Source of the DNA: an uncultured Actinomycetes bacterium
GTDB taxonomy: Bacteria; Actinomycetota; Thermoleophilia; UBA2241
DNA length: 64,000 bases
Direction of reading: 5' to 3'
Assembly: GCA_963709345.1 (NCBI GenBank)
Contig: CAVPVX010000002.1
Location: 352,001 to 416,000, forward strand
Positions 28,940 through 38,715 of the stretch are shown one piece after another. Within the stretch, counting starts at the first letter, position 1, and the number at the start of each line of letters is the position of its first letter. The translations under genes and the position numbers were made by a program. The notes beneath the pieces are model-generated. The model searched no databases. It was given only the letters and a program-made list of their open reading frames with translations, and was not told the origin of the DNA.

Positions 28940-31432
28940 ATGAGCACCCGCCGCGCAGCGTCGCGGGGCGCCCGTACATCGCGCACAGCGACGGTGACAC
29001 TCCTCGTCGTCGTCGTCGCCGCCTGCCTCGTCTCCGTCTGGACGGCGCCGCGAGCCAGCGGCGCCGTGCGCGAGTGGATGAGCACGCCGGCCGTCGAGAC
29101 GCGCACGATGGCCGTGCCCGGGGGCGACCTGGACGTGGCGCCCGAGACTCCGGCGGAGTCGCCGAAGGCGGCCGGAGGCTCGAAGAAGAACGAAGCGGAC
29201 GCTCCGGCGCCGTCACCCATCACGCTGGATGCCGGCATGCGGTTCACCATGGCCGGCGTCGTGTGCGACGTCCCCGGCACGGACGGCGCCGTCTCGCTGC
29301 GCCTCCGCGCCAGCCTGGACGGCACGGAGTGGACTGACTGGGTGGAGACGCCTCTGGAGGTTGCGAACGAGGAGGGCGTCGAGCCCGTCGCGTTCACCGA
29401 TCCCCTCTGGACCGGCTCCGCCCGATACGTTCAGATCAGCGCGTCCTCCGGCGCCGAGGCCGCGCCGGCGGAGCTCACGGGTGCTCGCCTGGTCGTCATC
29501 GATCCTACGGAAGACGCCGATGTAGTGACGCGCGTCCTCAGCGGTGTGCGCCGGTTCGCGGCCACCGTCGCCGGCGTGAGCCTGGTACCGCCGGCCTCGG
29601 CCGCGACCGCCGTCCCCGCGATCGTCACCCGATCGCAGTGGGGCGCCGACGAGTCCCTGCGTTCGGGATCGCCGTCCTACGCCACCGTCAAAACGGCCTT
29701 CGTCCACCACACCGCCAGCGGGAACACCTACGCCCCCGCCGACTCCGCCGCTCTCATGCGCGGCATCTACGCCTACCACACGAAGAGCCTCGGCTGGAGC
29801 GACATCGGCTACAACTTCCTGATCGACCGCTACGGGACGATCTTCGAGGGCCGCTACGGCGGCATGACCCGGGGCGTGATCGGCGCCCAGGTGTACGGCT
29901 TCAACACCGGCAGCACCGGGATCTCCGTCATGGGCACGTTCACCAGCGTCGCCCCGCCGGCGGAAGCGCGCGCCGCTCTGGAGAGGCTCCTCGCCTGGAA
30001 ACTCGCCACGCACGGCCTCGATCCATCCGGTACGGCCAAGCTCACCTGCGGCGCGACCGACAAGTTCAAGAAGGGCGCCACCGTCAGCCTACCCGTCATC
30101 TCCGGGCACTGCGACGCCAATTACACCGCCTGCCCGGGCGCGAAGTTCTACTCCCTGCTGCCCGCGATCCGCCGTAGCGTGGCCGGGCGCATCCAGGCGC
30201 CGCTCGTCGCGAAGCTCAGCGCCACTGAGGCGCTCATCAGCCCCAACGGCGACGGCTCCCTCGACGCGACCGTCCTCGGAGCCAAGCTCAGTACGACCGC
30301 CGACTGGGAACTCACCGTGCACGACGCCGCGGGCGCCACCGTCGCCTCGTGGTCGGGGCAGGGCACGTCGGCACAGGTCACGTGGGACGGCTCGGGGGCC
30401 TCCGGCGCCACCGTCCCCGACGGCGCCTACACCGTCCAACTCGACGCGTCCTCCGCGCTCGGCGACGCCTTCCCGGCGACGATGACCATCGCCGTCGACA
30501 CGGTCGGGCCGCATCTCTCGACCGCCGCCGCCTCCCCCGCCTCGTTCAGCCCCAACGGCGACGGCCGCGACGAGACGACTCGCCTCACCTATGTGCCGGC
30601 CGAGGCGTGCTCCGTCCGCGTCGGCATCAAGGACGCGGACGGCGTCGTCAGGCGCTGGCTCCACGGCTGGCGGGCAAAGGGCACCGGCAGCTCGGCGGTC
30701 ACGTGGGACGGCGCCTTCATCAGCAGCGGCGAGGCGACGCCGGCCGCCGAAGGCCAGTACCGTTTCACGATCGAGCACCGCGACGCGGCCTGGAACATCC
30801 GCCGTCGCGCCGTCCCGATCACCGTCGACCGCACGCTCGGCTTCCCCACCGCGACTCCCGTGACTCTTTCGCCGAACGGCGACGGGCGGTTTGACACCAC
30901 CTCCATCCGCTTCCGGCTGACGCGCCGCGCAACGGTGACCGTGACCATCCGCCTCGGCGACGAGACGATCCGCACGCTCGAACTCGGCGCCCTTGCCAAA
31001 GGCACGCGCGGCGCCGTCTGGGACGGCAAGACGACAGGCGGCGAAGCCCTGGGCAGCGGCCGCCCGACCTTCATCGTCACTGCGGTCTCGTCCATGGGAA
31101 CGACCTCCGTGAACAAAGGCCTCATCGTGGATCTCTACCGGCCGCGGCTCTACGCGACCAAGGGCAGGGCTGTGAGACTCGGTGGGACGATCCGGCTCAA
31201 CTACAGGGCGCACGACCCGTACAGCGCCAAGGTCAACGTGCGGTACGCCATCCGCAACGCCAAGGGTCGCGTCGTCGCCTCAGCCCGCCCGGGATGGGTG
31301 AAGACGGGCACGTCGCTCACGATCAAATGGAAGCCAAAGGTGCGCGGCGTCTACACGGTGGTCTACCGCGCGACCGATCGTGGCGCCAATCGGGAACTCA
31401 AGCCCGCCACGACACGGGTCACGGTCCGCTGA
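28940..31432 (+). CDS. N-acetylmuramoyl-L-alanine amidase (PGRP/Amidase_2) with three FlgD-like Ig domains
   Basis: IVTRSQWGADE, FVHHTA, GWSDIGYNFLIDRYG, GHCD..TACPG; three SPNGDG...WDG modules. Confidence 0.9.
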   Translation: MSTRRAASRGARTSRTATVTLLVVVVAACLVSVWTAPRASGAVREWMSTPAVETRTMAVPGGDLDVAPETPAESPKAAGGSKKNEADAPAPSPITLDAGMRFTMAGVVCDVPGTDGAVSLRLRASLDGTEWTDWVETPLEVANEEGVEPVAFTDPLWTGSARYVQISASSGAEAAPAELTGARLVVIDPTEDADVVTRVLSGVRRFAATVAGVSLVPPASAATAVPAIVTRSQWGADESLRSGSPSYATVKTAFVHHTASGNTYAPADSAALMRGIYAYHTKSLGWSDIGYNFLIDRYGTIFEGRYGGMTRGVIGAQVYGFNTGSTGISVMGTFTSVAPPAEARAALERLLAWKLATHGLDPSGTAKLTCGATDKFKKGATVSLPVISGHCDANYTACPGAKFYSLLPAIRRSVAGRIQAPLVAKLSATEALISPNGDGSLDATVLGAKLSTTADWELTVHDAAGATVASWSGQGTSAQVTWDGSGASGATVPDGAYTVQLDASSALGDAFPATMTIAVDTVGPHLSTAAASPASFSPNGDGRDETTRLTYVPAEACSVRVGIKDADGVVRRWLHGWRAKGTGSSAVTWDGAFISSGEATPAAEGQYRFTIEHRDAAWNIRRRAVPITVDRTLGFPTATPVTLSPNGDGRFDTTSIRFRLTRRATVTVTIRLGDETIRTLELGALAKGTRGAVWDGKTTGGEALGSGRPTFIVTAVSSMGTTSVNKGLIVDLYRPRLYATKGRAVRLGGTIRLNYRAHDPYSAKVNVRYAIRNAKGRVVASARPGWVKTGTSLTIKWKPKVRGVYTVVYRATDRGANRELKPATTRVTVR

Positions 31433-31451
31433 CCGGCCGGAGCCGTCCGCG

Positions 31452-32336
31452 TCAGTAGATCTCGGGCACGAACGTCTGGCTGTCGATGGGCGGCCGCACG
31501 TACCCCTTATCGGGCGGCCGGTCCGCCAGCTTCAACTGCTTGTGGGTCACGTCCTCGTATGGGATGTGGCCGAGCAGGTGATGGATCATGTTGAGCCGCG
31601 CCCGCCGCTTGTCGTCGGCGTTGACCACCCACCAGGGCGAGTCCTTGGTGTCGGTGTAGGCGAACATCTCGTCCTTGGCCTGCGAGTACTCCACCCAGCG
31701 CATGCGGCTCTCGAGATCCATGGGACTGAGCTTCCAGACCTTGAGAGGGTCCTTGAGGCGCGCTTGGAACCGCTTCTCCTGCTCCTCGTCGCTGACGCTG
31801 AACCAGTACTTCAGCAGGATGATGCCGCTGCGCATGAGCATGCGCTCGAACTCCGGACAGGTGCGGAAGAACTCCCACACCTCGTCCTCGGTGCAGAAGC
31901 CCATCACCCGCTCCACGCCGGGGCGGTTGTACCAGGAGCGGTCGAAGAGGACCATCTCGCCCGCCGCAGGGAGGTGCTCCACGTAGCGCTGGAAGTACCA
32001 CTCGGTGCGCTCACGCTCCGTCGGGGTGGCGAGGGCGGCGATGTTCACCACGCGCGGGTTGAGATGCTCGGTGACACGCTTGATGGTGCCGCCCTTGCCG
32101 GCGGCGTCCCGGCCCTCGAAGATCGCGGCGACACGCAGACCCGCATGTTTGATCCACTCCTGGAGCTTGACGAGCTCGATCTGGAGATTCTCGAGCTCGG
32201 CTTCGTACTTCGCACGGTCGAGCTTCTTGTGTGAGCCGGAGTGCTTCTCCTCCGGCGGCACACTCATGTCCGGGAGCGGGCCGACTGCGTCGGCGTCGCC
32301 GGACTTCTTCTTGTCCTTGTTCTTGTCTGAGGCCAT
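31452..32336 (-). CDS. ppk2: Polyphosphate kinase 2
   Basis: FEGRDAAGKGG, WYFQRY, FDRSWYNR, WKLSPMD, DDKRRARLN. Confidence 0.95.
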   Translation of the reverse strand: MASDKNKDKKKSGDADAVGPLPDMSVPPEEKHSGSHKKLDRAKYEAELENLQIELVKLQEWIKHAGLRVAAIFEGRDAAGKGGTIKRVTEHLNPRVVNIAALATPTERERTEWYFQRYVEHLPAAGEMVLFDRSWYNRPGVERVMGFCTEDEVWEFFRTCPEFERMLMRSGIILLKYWFSVSDEEQEKRFQARLKDPLKVWKLSPMDLESRMRWVEYSQAKDEMFAYTDTKDSPWWVVNADDKRRARLNMIHHLLGHIPYEDVTHKQLKLADRPPDKGYVRPPIDSQTFVPEIY

Positions 32337-32476
32337 CGGACTCCCCCCCCGGGCGCCGGCATGCTGATTCCGCCTATCATAGTCCATAGACGACGAGGGC
32401 GGGAGTGCGGCCGCCGGGCCATGCCCCGCGTCTGTAGTATCCTTCAGCAACGTGAGCAGCGCCGAGCGGAGACCCT

Positions 32477-33679
32477 GTGGAGCTGTCCGATCGTACTCTC
32501 GAGGCCGAGCTGGCCGCCATCGCCGATCATGCCGAGCCGGGCCGCACGGCGCGCGTCGCCGTGCGCCACTGGGGCTGGGACGGGCTCGGGGGCGCTACGC
32601 TGCAGGTCACCGGCGACGAATTCGACGGCATCACCCGCGAGCGCGTGCGGCAGCTGTGCGAGCGGCTGTCCCGTCGTCTCTCCGACTCGGGAGCGGCCTT
32701 CGGCGACGCGGGCATCGCCGCACCGGCCCTCGACCGCGCCCTGGTACTGGCCGCGCACATCGCCCCGACGACAGCGCATGAGCTCGCCCGCCGCCTCGTC
32801 GACGAGCGCGTGTCGGCGCGCGGCTTCGACCCGGCAGGACTCCTGACAGCAGCCGCCGTGCTCTGCCGCCGGCCGACCTTCTCGCTCGTGAGCGTGAGGG
32901 GCGTCAGGGTCGTGCTACCCGACCCGCCCGACCCGAACGGCGACACGGAGGAGCTGATCGCGGGCATCATCGACACGGCCCGGGCTCTCGTCCGCCGCTC
33001 CGGCGCCACCAGGGTGCGAGACGTCACCGGCGCCGTCGCCGCGGGCCTTGCGTCGTGGGTCGACGACGGCCTCGTCACCGCAGTCGTCTCGGAGGCGGAC
33101 GATTTCGTCTGGCTCGAGCGCCGCACCGGCTGGTTCCATCTGCCGTCCGTCGCCAAGAACGCCGTCATCTCCCGCCTGTTCAAGATCCTCGTCATCACCG
33201 GAGCCGTGCGCTTGCCCGACCTGCACGCCGGCATCCGCCGGGACGAACGCATGCGGGACTTCGTGATGCCCGAGTACATCCTCGCCGAGCTGTGCGAACG
33301 CATCCCCGGCGTGCGCGTCGACGGTGAAGTCGTCAGCTCCACCCAGCCCTTGGCGCCCGAGGACGTCCTCGAGCTCACCGAGCTGACGCTCTTCCGCATC
33401 CTCGCCGCGAGAGACGGCCCGGCGGACCGACGCGACCTCCAGCGTGCCTGTCTCAAGGCAGGGATGAAGGCCTCGAGCTTCAACAACCGCATCGCCTACT
33501 CGCCGATCGTGCGCGAGTGCGGCCACAACGTCTACGGGTTGCGCGGGCTCAGCCTCGACACCCACACCGATGCCGAGAGAGGCGAAGGGCGCCCGGCGCG
33601 ACCGCCGGCCGCCGATCTCCACTCCGAGGTCCCGCGTCCGGGAGAGCTCGAGCATTTTCGCCCTCCGCAGCGGCGGTGA
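32477..33679 (+). CDS. Hypothetical protein with an N-terminal sigma-70 region-4-like HTH
   Basis: WGWDGLGGATLQVTGDEFDGITRERVRQL resembles TLxEIG..xGVTRERVRQI. Confidence 0.65.
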   Translation: MELSDRTLEAELAAIADHAEPGRTARVAVRHWGWDGLGGATLQVTGDEFDGITRERVRQLCERLSRRLSDSGAAFGDAGIAAPALDRALVLAAHIAPTTAHELARRLVDERVSARGFDPAGLLTAAAVLCRRPTFSLVSVRGVRVVLPDPPDPNGDTEELIAGIIDTARALVRRSGATRVRDVTGAVAAGLASWVDDGLVTAVVSEADDFVWLERRTGWFHLPSVAKNAVISRLFKILVITGAVRLPDLHAGIRRDERMRDFVMPEYILAELCERIPGVRVDGEVVSSTQPLAPEDVLELTELTLFRILAARDGPADRRDLQRACLKAGMKASSFNNRIAYSPIVRECGHNVYGLRGLSLDTHTDAERGEGRPARPPAADLHSEVPRPGELEHFRPPQRR

Positions 33680-33987
33680 GCGGCATGCCGGCGGGCGATG
33701 GAGCGGGAACCGGACCGAGGCGGCGGCCCGCCGCGACAACGCGGTCCGTCCTGGCGTGGCGCATCGCCGCCGTCGTCTGCACGCTCCTCTTCGCCGCTCT
33801 CCTCGTATGGCTGTACGGCGTACGGACGACGCTGATCTGGACGGCAGCCATGGCGGGCTTCCTGGCGGTCCTCTACGCTGCGACGACGCCTCTCCGCGCA
33901 CGGCAGCGTCGCGCCTGGCGAGAGATGGGCCTGGGGCCGGATGGCCGCCCTCCCGCCGAGGAGACCGACGACCCGGAGCCCGGCTAG
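33676..33987 (+). CDS. Small two-TM membrane protein
   Basis: GTG overlaps the upstream TGA; two hydrophobic helices; ends in TAG. Confidence 0.55.
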   Translation: MSGMPAGDGAGTGPRRRPAATTRSVLAWRIAAVVCTLLFAALLVWLYGVRTTLIWTAAMAGFLAVLYAATTPLRARQRRAWREMGLGPDGRPPAEETDDPEPG

Positions 33988-34013
33988 GGCGACCGAGACG
34001 AGGATAATCGACG

Positions 34014-34508
34014 ATGAAGACGTCCCAGCCGGAGGAAGCCGACTCGGCCGTGACCGGCCGATGCTTCCCCTCGCTCACCGGGACCGCACTCTCGGGCGAG
34101 GCGGTGCGCTTCCCCGAGGACGTGCTGGGCGCTCCGGCGCTCCTGCTCTGCGCCTACCGGCGCGGCTCGCAGGTCAACGTGGACCGCTGGACCGGCCTTG
34201 CCGCGCAACGGCTGCCGGGACTGCCTTTCTACGAGTTGCCGATCATCCGCGGGCGCGTCTGGCGACCCTTTCAGGACTGGATCGACGGCGGCATGCGCGG
34301 CGGCGTACCCCGACGTCAGTGGTCAAGGGTCGCCACCATCTACGACGACGCCGATCAGGCGAAGGACTTCATCGGTGACGGCGGGGGACCACGTGCCCAG
34401 GTCCTGCTGCTCGACGCCGCCGAAGTGTTCGTGTTTCACGACTGTGGCGGATTTCGTGAGGCCGCCGCCGGCCGCCTTACGGCCGCCGCCGACGCCCTGG
34501 CGAGCTGA
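34014..34508 (+). CDS. Thioredoxin-fold (ATP10-like) protein
   Basis: FPSLTGTALSGEAVRFPED, YELPII, WIDGGMRGGVP. Confidence 0.7.
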   Translation: MKTSQPEEADSAVTGRCFPSLTGTALSGEAVRFPEDVLGAPALLLCAYRRGSQVNVDRWTGLAAQRLPGLPFYELPIIRGRVWRPFQDWIDGGMRGGVPRRQWSRVATIYDDADQAKDFIGDGGGPRAQVLLLDAAEVFVFHDCGGFREAAAGRLTAAADALAS

Positions 34509-34576
34509 GGCAGGAGCCACGACTCGCTCCCGATGTGGGGTCGCGCAGGCCGGCCGCACGAGGCGGCCCGCCGGCC

Positions 34577-35242
34577 TCACCCGAGGCCGAAGAAGTCCCT
34601 CGTCTGCTCCGGCGCGACGATGGCGAGCAGCTCCGACGGGGTCGCCGCGATGCATGCGGCGCCGGCGGCGATGAGAGTCTCCGGCTCGTGCCAGCCCCAC
34701 CCGACCCCGACAGGGGTCGCGCCGGCGGCCCGCGCCTCGCGCATGTCGCCGCCGGTGTCGCCGACGAACCAGTAAGTGTCCTGGCCGGGGAATCGCGCGA
34801 CCAGGTCGCCGATCTTGGTCACTTTGCTCTGGGCGCTCTCGGCGCCCGCGACCTCCGCCACCCCGGTCACGCCGTGACGACGCAGCCACCCGTCCACGAC
34901 GGCGGTGGGACTCGACGTCACGATGACGACGGTGCGCTCGTCCCCGAGCTCCGCGATGACCTGCGGCAGCAGAGGGAACGGCTTGAGCCAGCGGCGGGCC
35001 ATCACGAGCGCGCCGCCCACGCGGCCCATGACGGCGGCGACGCGCGCCTCGGGCACCCCACGGGCGCGCATGGCCGCGTAGAAGTTGCCGTCCATCACCG
35101 CCAGGAGGTCGTCCAGAGTCGTGAAGCCGGGAACGCCCTCCGCGGCGCACGCCTGCACAAAGGCGTTGCCGAAGACGTCGAGCGAGTCGACGATCACACC
35201 ATCGAAGTCGAACATCACGAGCTCTCGGCGATCGTGGTCCAC
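34577..35242 (-). CDS. HAD-family phosphatase (phosphoglycolate phosphatase-like)
   Basis: MFDFDGVIVDS, IVTSS, FVGDTGGDM, VGWGWH. Confidence 0.9.
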   Translation of the reverse strand: MDHDRRELVMFDFDGVIVDSLDVFGNAFVQACAAEGVPGFTTLDDLLAVMDGNFYAAMRARGVPEARVAAVMGRVGGALVMARRWLKPFPLLPQVIAELGDERTVVIVTSSPTAVVDGWLRRHGVTGVAEVAGAESAQSKVTKIGDLVARFPGQDTYWFVGDTGGDMREARAAGATPVGVGWGWHEPETLIAAGAACIAATPSELLAIVAPEQTRDFFGLG

Positions 35243-35272
35243 GGCCGTCCTTGCGTGCGGGGACGAAGTCGC

Positions 35273-35306
35273 AGGCCGGCCGGCCGCTCACGCGGCCGGC
35301 CGGCCT
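35273..35306 (-). terminator. Strong hairpin just after the mtbB stop
   Basis: AGGCCGGCCGGCCGC-TCAC-GCGGCCGGCCGGCCT, a 15-bp perfect stem with no long U tract. Confidence 0.6.
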
Positions 35307-35316
35307 CCTCACAGAC

Positions 35317-36723
35317 TCAGTAGTGCAGTCCGGTCTTGTTCTTGAACTGCTCGACGCAGTTGATCTCGATGTCGAGCAGCTTGGCGATACGAGCCTTCGC
35401 CGCGATGCCCTTGGCAACGCCCGGCACACCCGTGATCGTCCCGATGTCGAGTTCTTCCCTGAGAAGCCGCATCGTGTGGGGGTCACTGAGGTCCAGTGGG
35501 GTCACGTGGAGCTTGTCGGCGACGTACTTCTTGGCTTCGTCGATCCTCATCTTCTTGCTGAGCTGCATACGAGCAACGAGATCTCCCGCTGCCCGGATGC
35601 CGCCCATGGACGAGGCCAACAGATGGGCCATGTGCATGCCGGCGGGGTCACCAGTGCCCACCTACAACCCGTCGGCCTTGCCGATCTCGATCATGGCCGC
35701 ACTGCAGCGGGTCACGACGTCGACCGCGGGGGTCTCGAACATCGGCACACCGCCGACGCCCATACCGACGTTCGGGTGGATCGGCACCTTGGCGATGTCG
35801 GTGCAAGCCTTGACGAAGACGAGCGCCTTGCCGAGGTTCCACGGCGTGGACTTCTTGGTGTTGGTGGTGCTGACCGGACCGAAGATCGAGACGCCGGCCT
35901 CCTCGCACACCTGCAACTGCTGGTGCGGCCACATGCCGGCCAGCCGCTTCCCGTTGTACTCGATGGTGCCGTGGATACCGGTCACCATCTCGGTCGACAT
36001 GCCGATCTCGACCGGCAGCCCCGTCTCCTTGGCGACGTGCTCGGTGCTCTTGAGCACTGCGGCGAACTCACCGTCGCCGGTGGAGGCCACGGTGTCGTAG
36101 TCGATACCGTCGGCGCCCATCTCGACCATGCAGTCGCTCATCTCGATGCAGTCCTCGAGGCACTTGGCGCCGGCTGCCTCCTGCGTCTCCCGCGACTCCT
36201 TGATCTTGCCCTGCTGCATGAGGTCGTACGGGTTGTCGAACGGGCCGTCGCTCTTGAAGTATAGGCCCAGGTTCGGCATGAACCCGTAGAGCAGCGGGAA
36301 GATCGTGGTCTCCATGAGGATCTCGACGTGGAGCATCTCAAGCTTCTTGAGGAAGCGCTGCGGCTTGACCGAGTAGTCGTTGTGCGAGACTTCCATCGAG
36401 TCGAAGCCGAGCATGGACTCGTAGAGCCGCACGCCGACCTCGCGGTTGACCGGAGCGACGACGCCGCTCGAAATCTGCGACGAGTTCAGCGCGTTGACGC
36501 AGCCGTCCTTGGTCATGACGACCTCGTTGCCGCGCTGCACGCCCCAGATGCGCGTCGGGGCGGCGAACACGTCCACGAGCCAGTCGATCTCGTTCTCGGT
36601 CAGAGGCGGAACCTTCGCCTTCTTGGCCGCGAACTCCGACCCGTCGATGAACTCCTGGCGGAGCTCGTCCATGGTGAACTCGACGTTCGAGTTGTCACCC
36701 ATTCTCGTCAGGATCTTTGCCAT
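35317..36723 (-). CDS. mtbB: Dimethylamine:corrinoid methyltransferase MtbB, 468 aa, with an in-frame amber (pyrrolysine) at residue 354
   Basis: ORFs 35662-36723 and 35317-35661 are in the same frame, separated only by TAG 35662-35664: ...[15 protein letters not shown]...EIGKADGL-[TAG]-VGTGDPAGM..[21 protein letters not shown]...LREELDIG...AKGIAAK. This matches the MtbB DG(I/L)O(I/V)GxGDP context. Confidence 0.93.
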
Positions 36724-36815
36724 CTATACGGCCTCCACTGTGTCGCTGTCAGAAGTCCCAGGCCGTCCCGGGGGGTCTGCCTATTCTGTCTGCTCTGCGT
36801 GTGCGTTTCGTGAGG

Positions 36816-36849
36816 GCGCCGGCGGCGGCTCTGCGGCCGCCGCCGGCGC
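36816..36849 (-). terminator. GC hairpin between the permease and mtbB
   Basis: GCGCCGGCGGCGGC-N6-GCCGCCGCCGGCGC, 14-bp stem. Confidence 0.55.
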
Positions 36850-36883
36850 TGGTCTTGACGCCGCGAAGGCGGATCCCGTCGGC

Positions 36884-38635
36884 TTACTCGACCGGGATCT
36901 CCTTGGCGACAGCCTCAAGCGCCATACCCTGCTTCTTGCGGACCATCCACGCGATCAGCCAGATCACGACGCCGGCCAGGTAGAGGACGCCCATGAAGAC
37001 GGCGGACTCCCACAGGTTGATGTAGTACACCCCGTCGGGATCCCAGATGAACATGAAGATGTTGAAGACCAGGAAGGCGCAGTAGAAGGCCGCGATGATG
37101 GCCATCCACGGGATGCCGGCGATACCCGACTTGGGCAGGGCGCTGTTCTCCCAGATGCCCCGAGCGCGCCACTTCATGACCATGAAGGCGAGCCCGCTGA
37201 AGAGGAACATGATGATGATGCCGAATGTCGCATCGTAGGTGAAGAGCTTGACGATCGTGACCCCCCGCTCCTCCACGACGGGAGTGTACGCGTAGAGCGC
37301 CGCCACGATGATCGACGGGATCGTCATGAGCAGCAGAGCGACCGTCGGCACGCCGCCGGAGGTCACCTTGGCCGCCCGCTCAGGCAGGATGCGGTCGAAC
37401 GCGGAGGCGAAGATCATGCGCGTCGACGAGAGGAAGAGCGTGCCGAACCAGCCGAAGAGCAGGAGCGAGATGGCGGCGATGAGGATGACCTGGAACGCCG
37501 CGTTGGGCACGATCCAGGAGATCATCGCCGTCGGCGAGATGTAGTCGCCGCCGATGGGCGAGATGCCCCACCAGAACGCCGCCATGGTACCCATGAAGGC
37601 TTGGTAACCGACCTTCCAGGTCATCAGCCCGAGGAAGGACAGGGCGATGATCGTCGGCACGAAGAGCCCGCCGAGCATCTGGTAGATGTTCTTGCGGAAG
37701 TCCTTGGCCCCGCGGACCTCGCCGTACAGAGTCGCGCCCCAGTTCGGCCACGCCATCCAGAACAACATGAACGGGATGATCGCCCAGGTGGCCCAGCTCA
37801 GGCCACCGCTGAACGTGGAGGTCGGCATGCCGGTACCCGCACCGATCGACTCGACGGCCTCGAACGCGCCGGCGTGGGTCTCGCCCTCGACGACGACCAT
37901 GGCGCCCTCATCGTCGTAGACGAACAGGCCGGCCTCGTCCTGCTCGTACTTGGTCAGGTCGAGCAGCCCGACGTCGCCGCCGTAGTACTTCTCGGCGGCC
38001 TGGTTGAACTTCTCTTTGAAGGAGTCGCCGGAGGTCACCAGCAGCAGGATGCCGCAGATGACGACGCCGGCGAGCCCGATCCACATGGCCCACTTCTGGA
38101 AGTTGGCGTAGGCCTTCATGCCGACGGCCACCAGGATCGAGGCGATGGCGATGACGACCAGCGAGGCCACGAAGATGCCCGTCGCCGTGCCGAGCCAGTC
38201 GGCCGCCCCATTGAGGCCGAGGATGCGGAAGATCGGCTTGACTGTGGTCTGCACGCCCATGTCGGCGTAGATCGGCGTCCAGAGCCACAGGATGAACCAC
38301 CAGCCCACCCCGGCGATCACGAAGCCGATCGAGCTGTGGAAGATGCGTGTGATCCACACGTAGTCGCCACCCGCGCGCGGCATCGCCGAGATCAGGCCCG
38401 CGTACACGATGATCTCGAGCACGATGAAGCAGGCGGTGATGACGATCGCCCAGAACAGGCTGCCGCCCGGGATGAAGGTGGCGTACGCGAACGACCAGAT
38501 CGCGAGGAACAGGTTCACGGAGAAGAACGAATACCTGAACCCGTCCGTCGACGACCAGCCCTTGACAAGCCCGCTCGCCTTGCGGACGAACAGTGTCTGC
38601 TCGGCTGGTTTGTTCGCACCAGAGTCTGTCGCCAT
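36884..38635 (-). CDS. APC-family amino acid/amine permease
   Basis: LFVRKASGLVK, SAMPRAGGDYVWITR, YGEVR, TRMIFASAFDRILP; about 12 TM helices. Confidence 0.9.
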   Translation of the reverse strand: MATDSGANKPAEQTLFVRKASGLVKGWSSTDGFRYSFFSVNLFLAIWSFAYATFIPGGSLFWAIVITACFIVLEIIVYAGLISAMPRAGGDYVWITRIFHSSIGFVIAGVGWWFILWLWTPIYADMGVQTTVKPIFRILGLNGAADWLGTATGIFVASLVVIAIASILVAVGMKAYANFQKWAMWIGLAGVVICGILLLVTSGDSFKEKFNQAAEKYYGGDVGLLDLTKYEQDEAGLFVYDDEGAMVVVEGETHAGAFEAVESIGAGTGMPTSTFSGGLSWATWAIIPFMLFWMAWPNWGATLYGEVRGAKDFRKNIYQMLGGLFVPTIIALSFLGLMTWKVGYQAFMGTMAAFWWGISPIGGDYISPTAMISWIVPNAAFQVILIAAISLLLFGWFGTLFLSSTRMIFASAFDRILPERAAKVTSGGVPTVALLLMTIPSIIVAALYAYTPVVEERGVTIVKLFTYDATFGIIIMFLFSGLAFMVMKWRARGIWENSALPKSGIAGIPWMAIIAAFYCAFLVFNIFMFIWDPDGVYYINLWESAVFMGVLYLAGVVIWLIAWMVRKKQGMALEAVAKEIPVE

Positions 38636-38715
38636 CGGCTATGTCCCCCTTGAGTCGCATCTGCGCGGCGTCGAACGCGCCGCCTTCCCATGGACTTCCA
38701 CCTGCCCGGGCGCCC

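Noticed and set aside
35317-35661. Separate 114-aa gene or nonsense pseudogene
   Set aside because: It is the in-frame C-terminus of MtbB after the conserved amber codon and has no RBS of its own.
35560-35661. PYLIS element after the amber codon
   Set aside because: Only short, ambiguous stems (GCCCAT/ATGGGC) are visible, and PYLIS is not required for Pyl insertion; it cannot be supported without folding and covariation.
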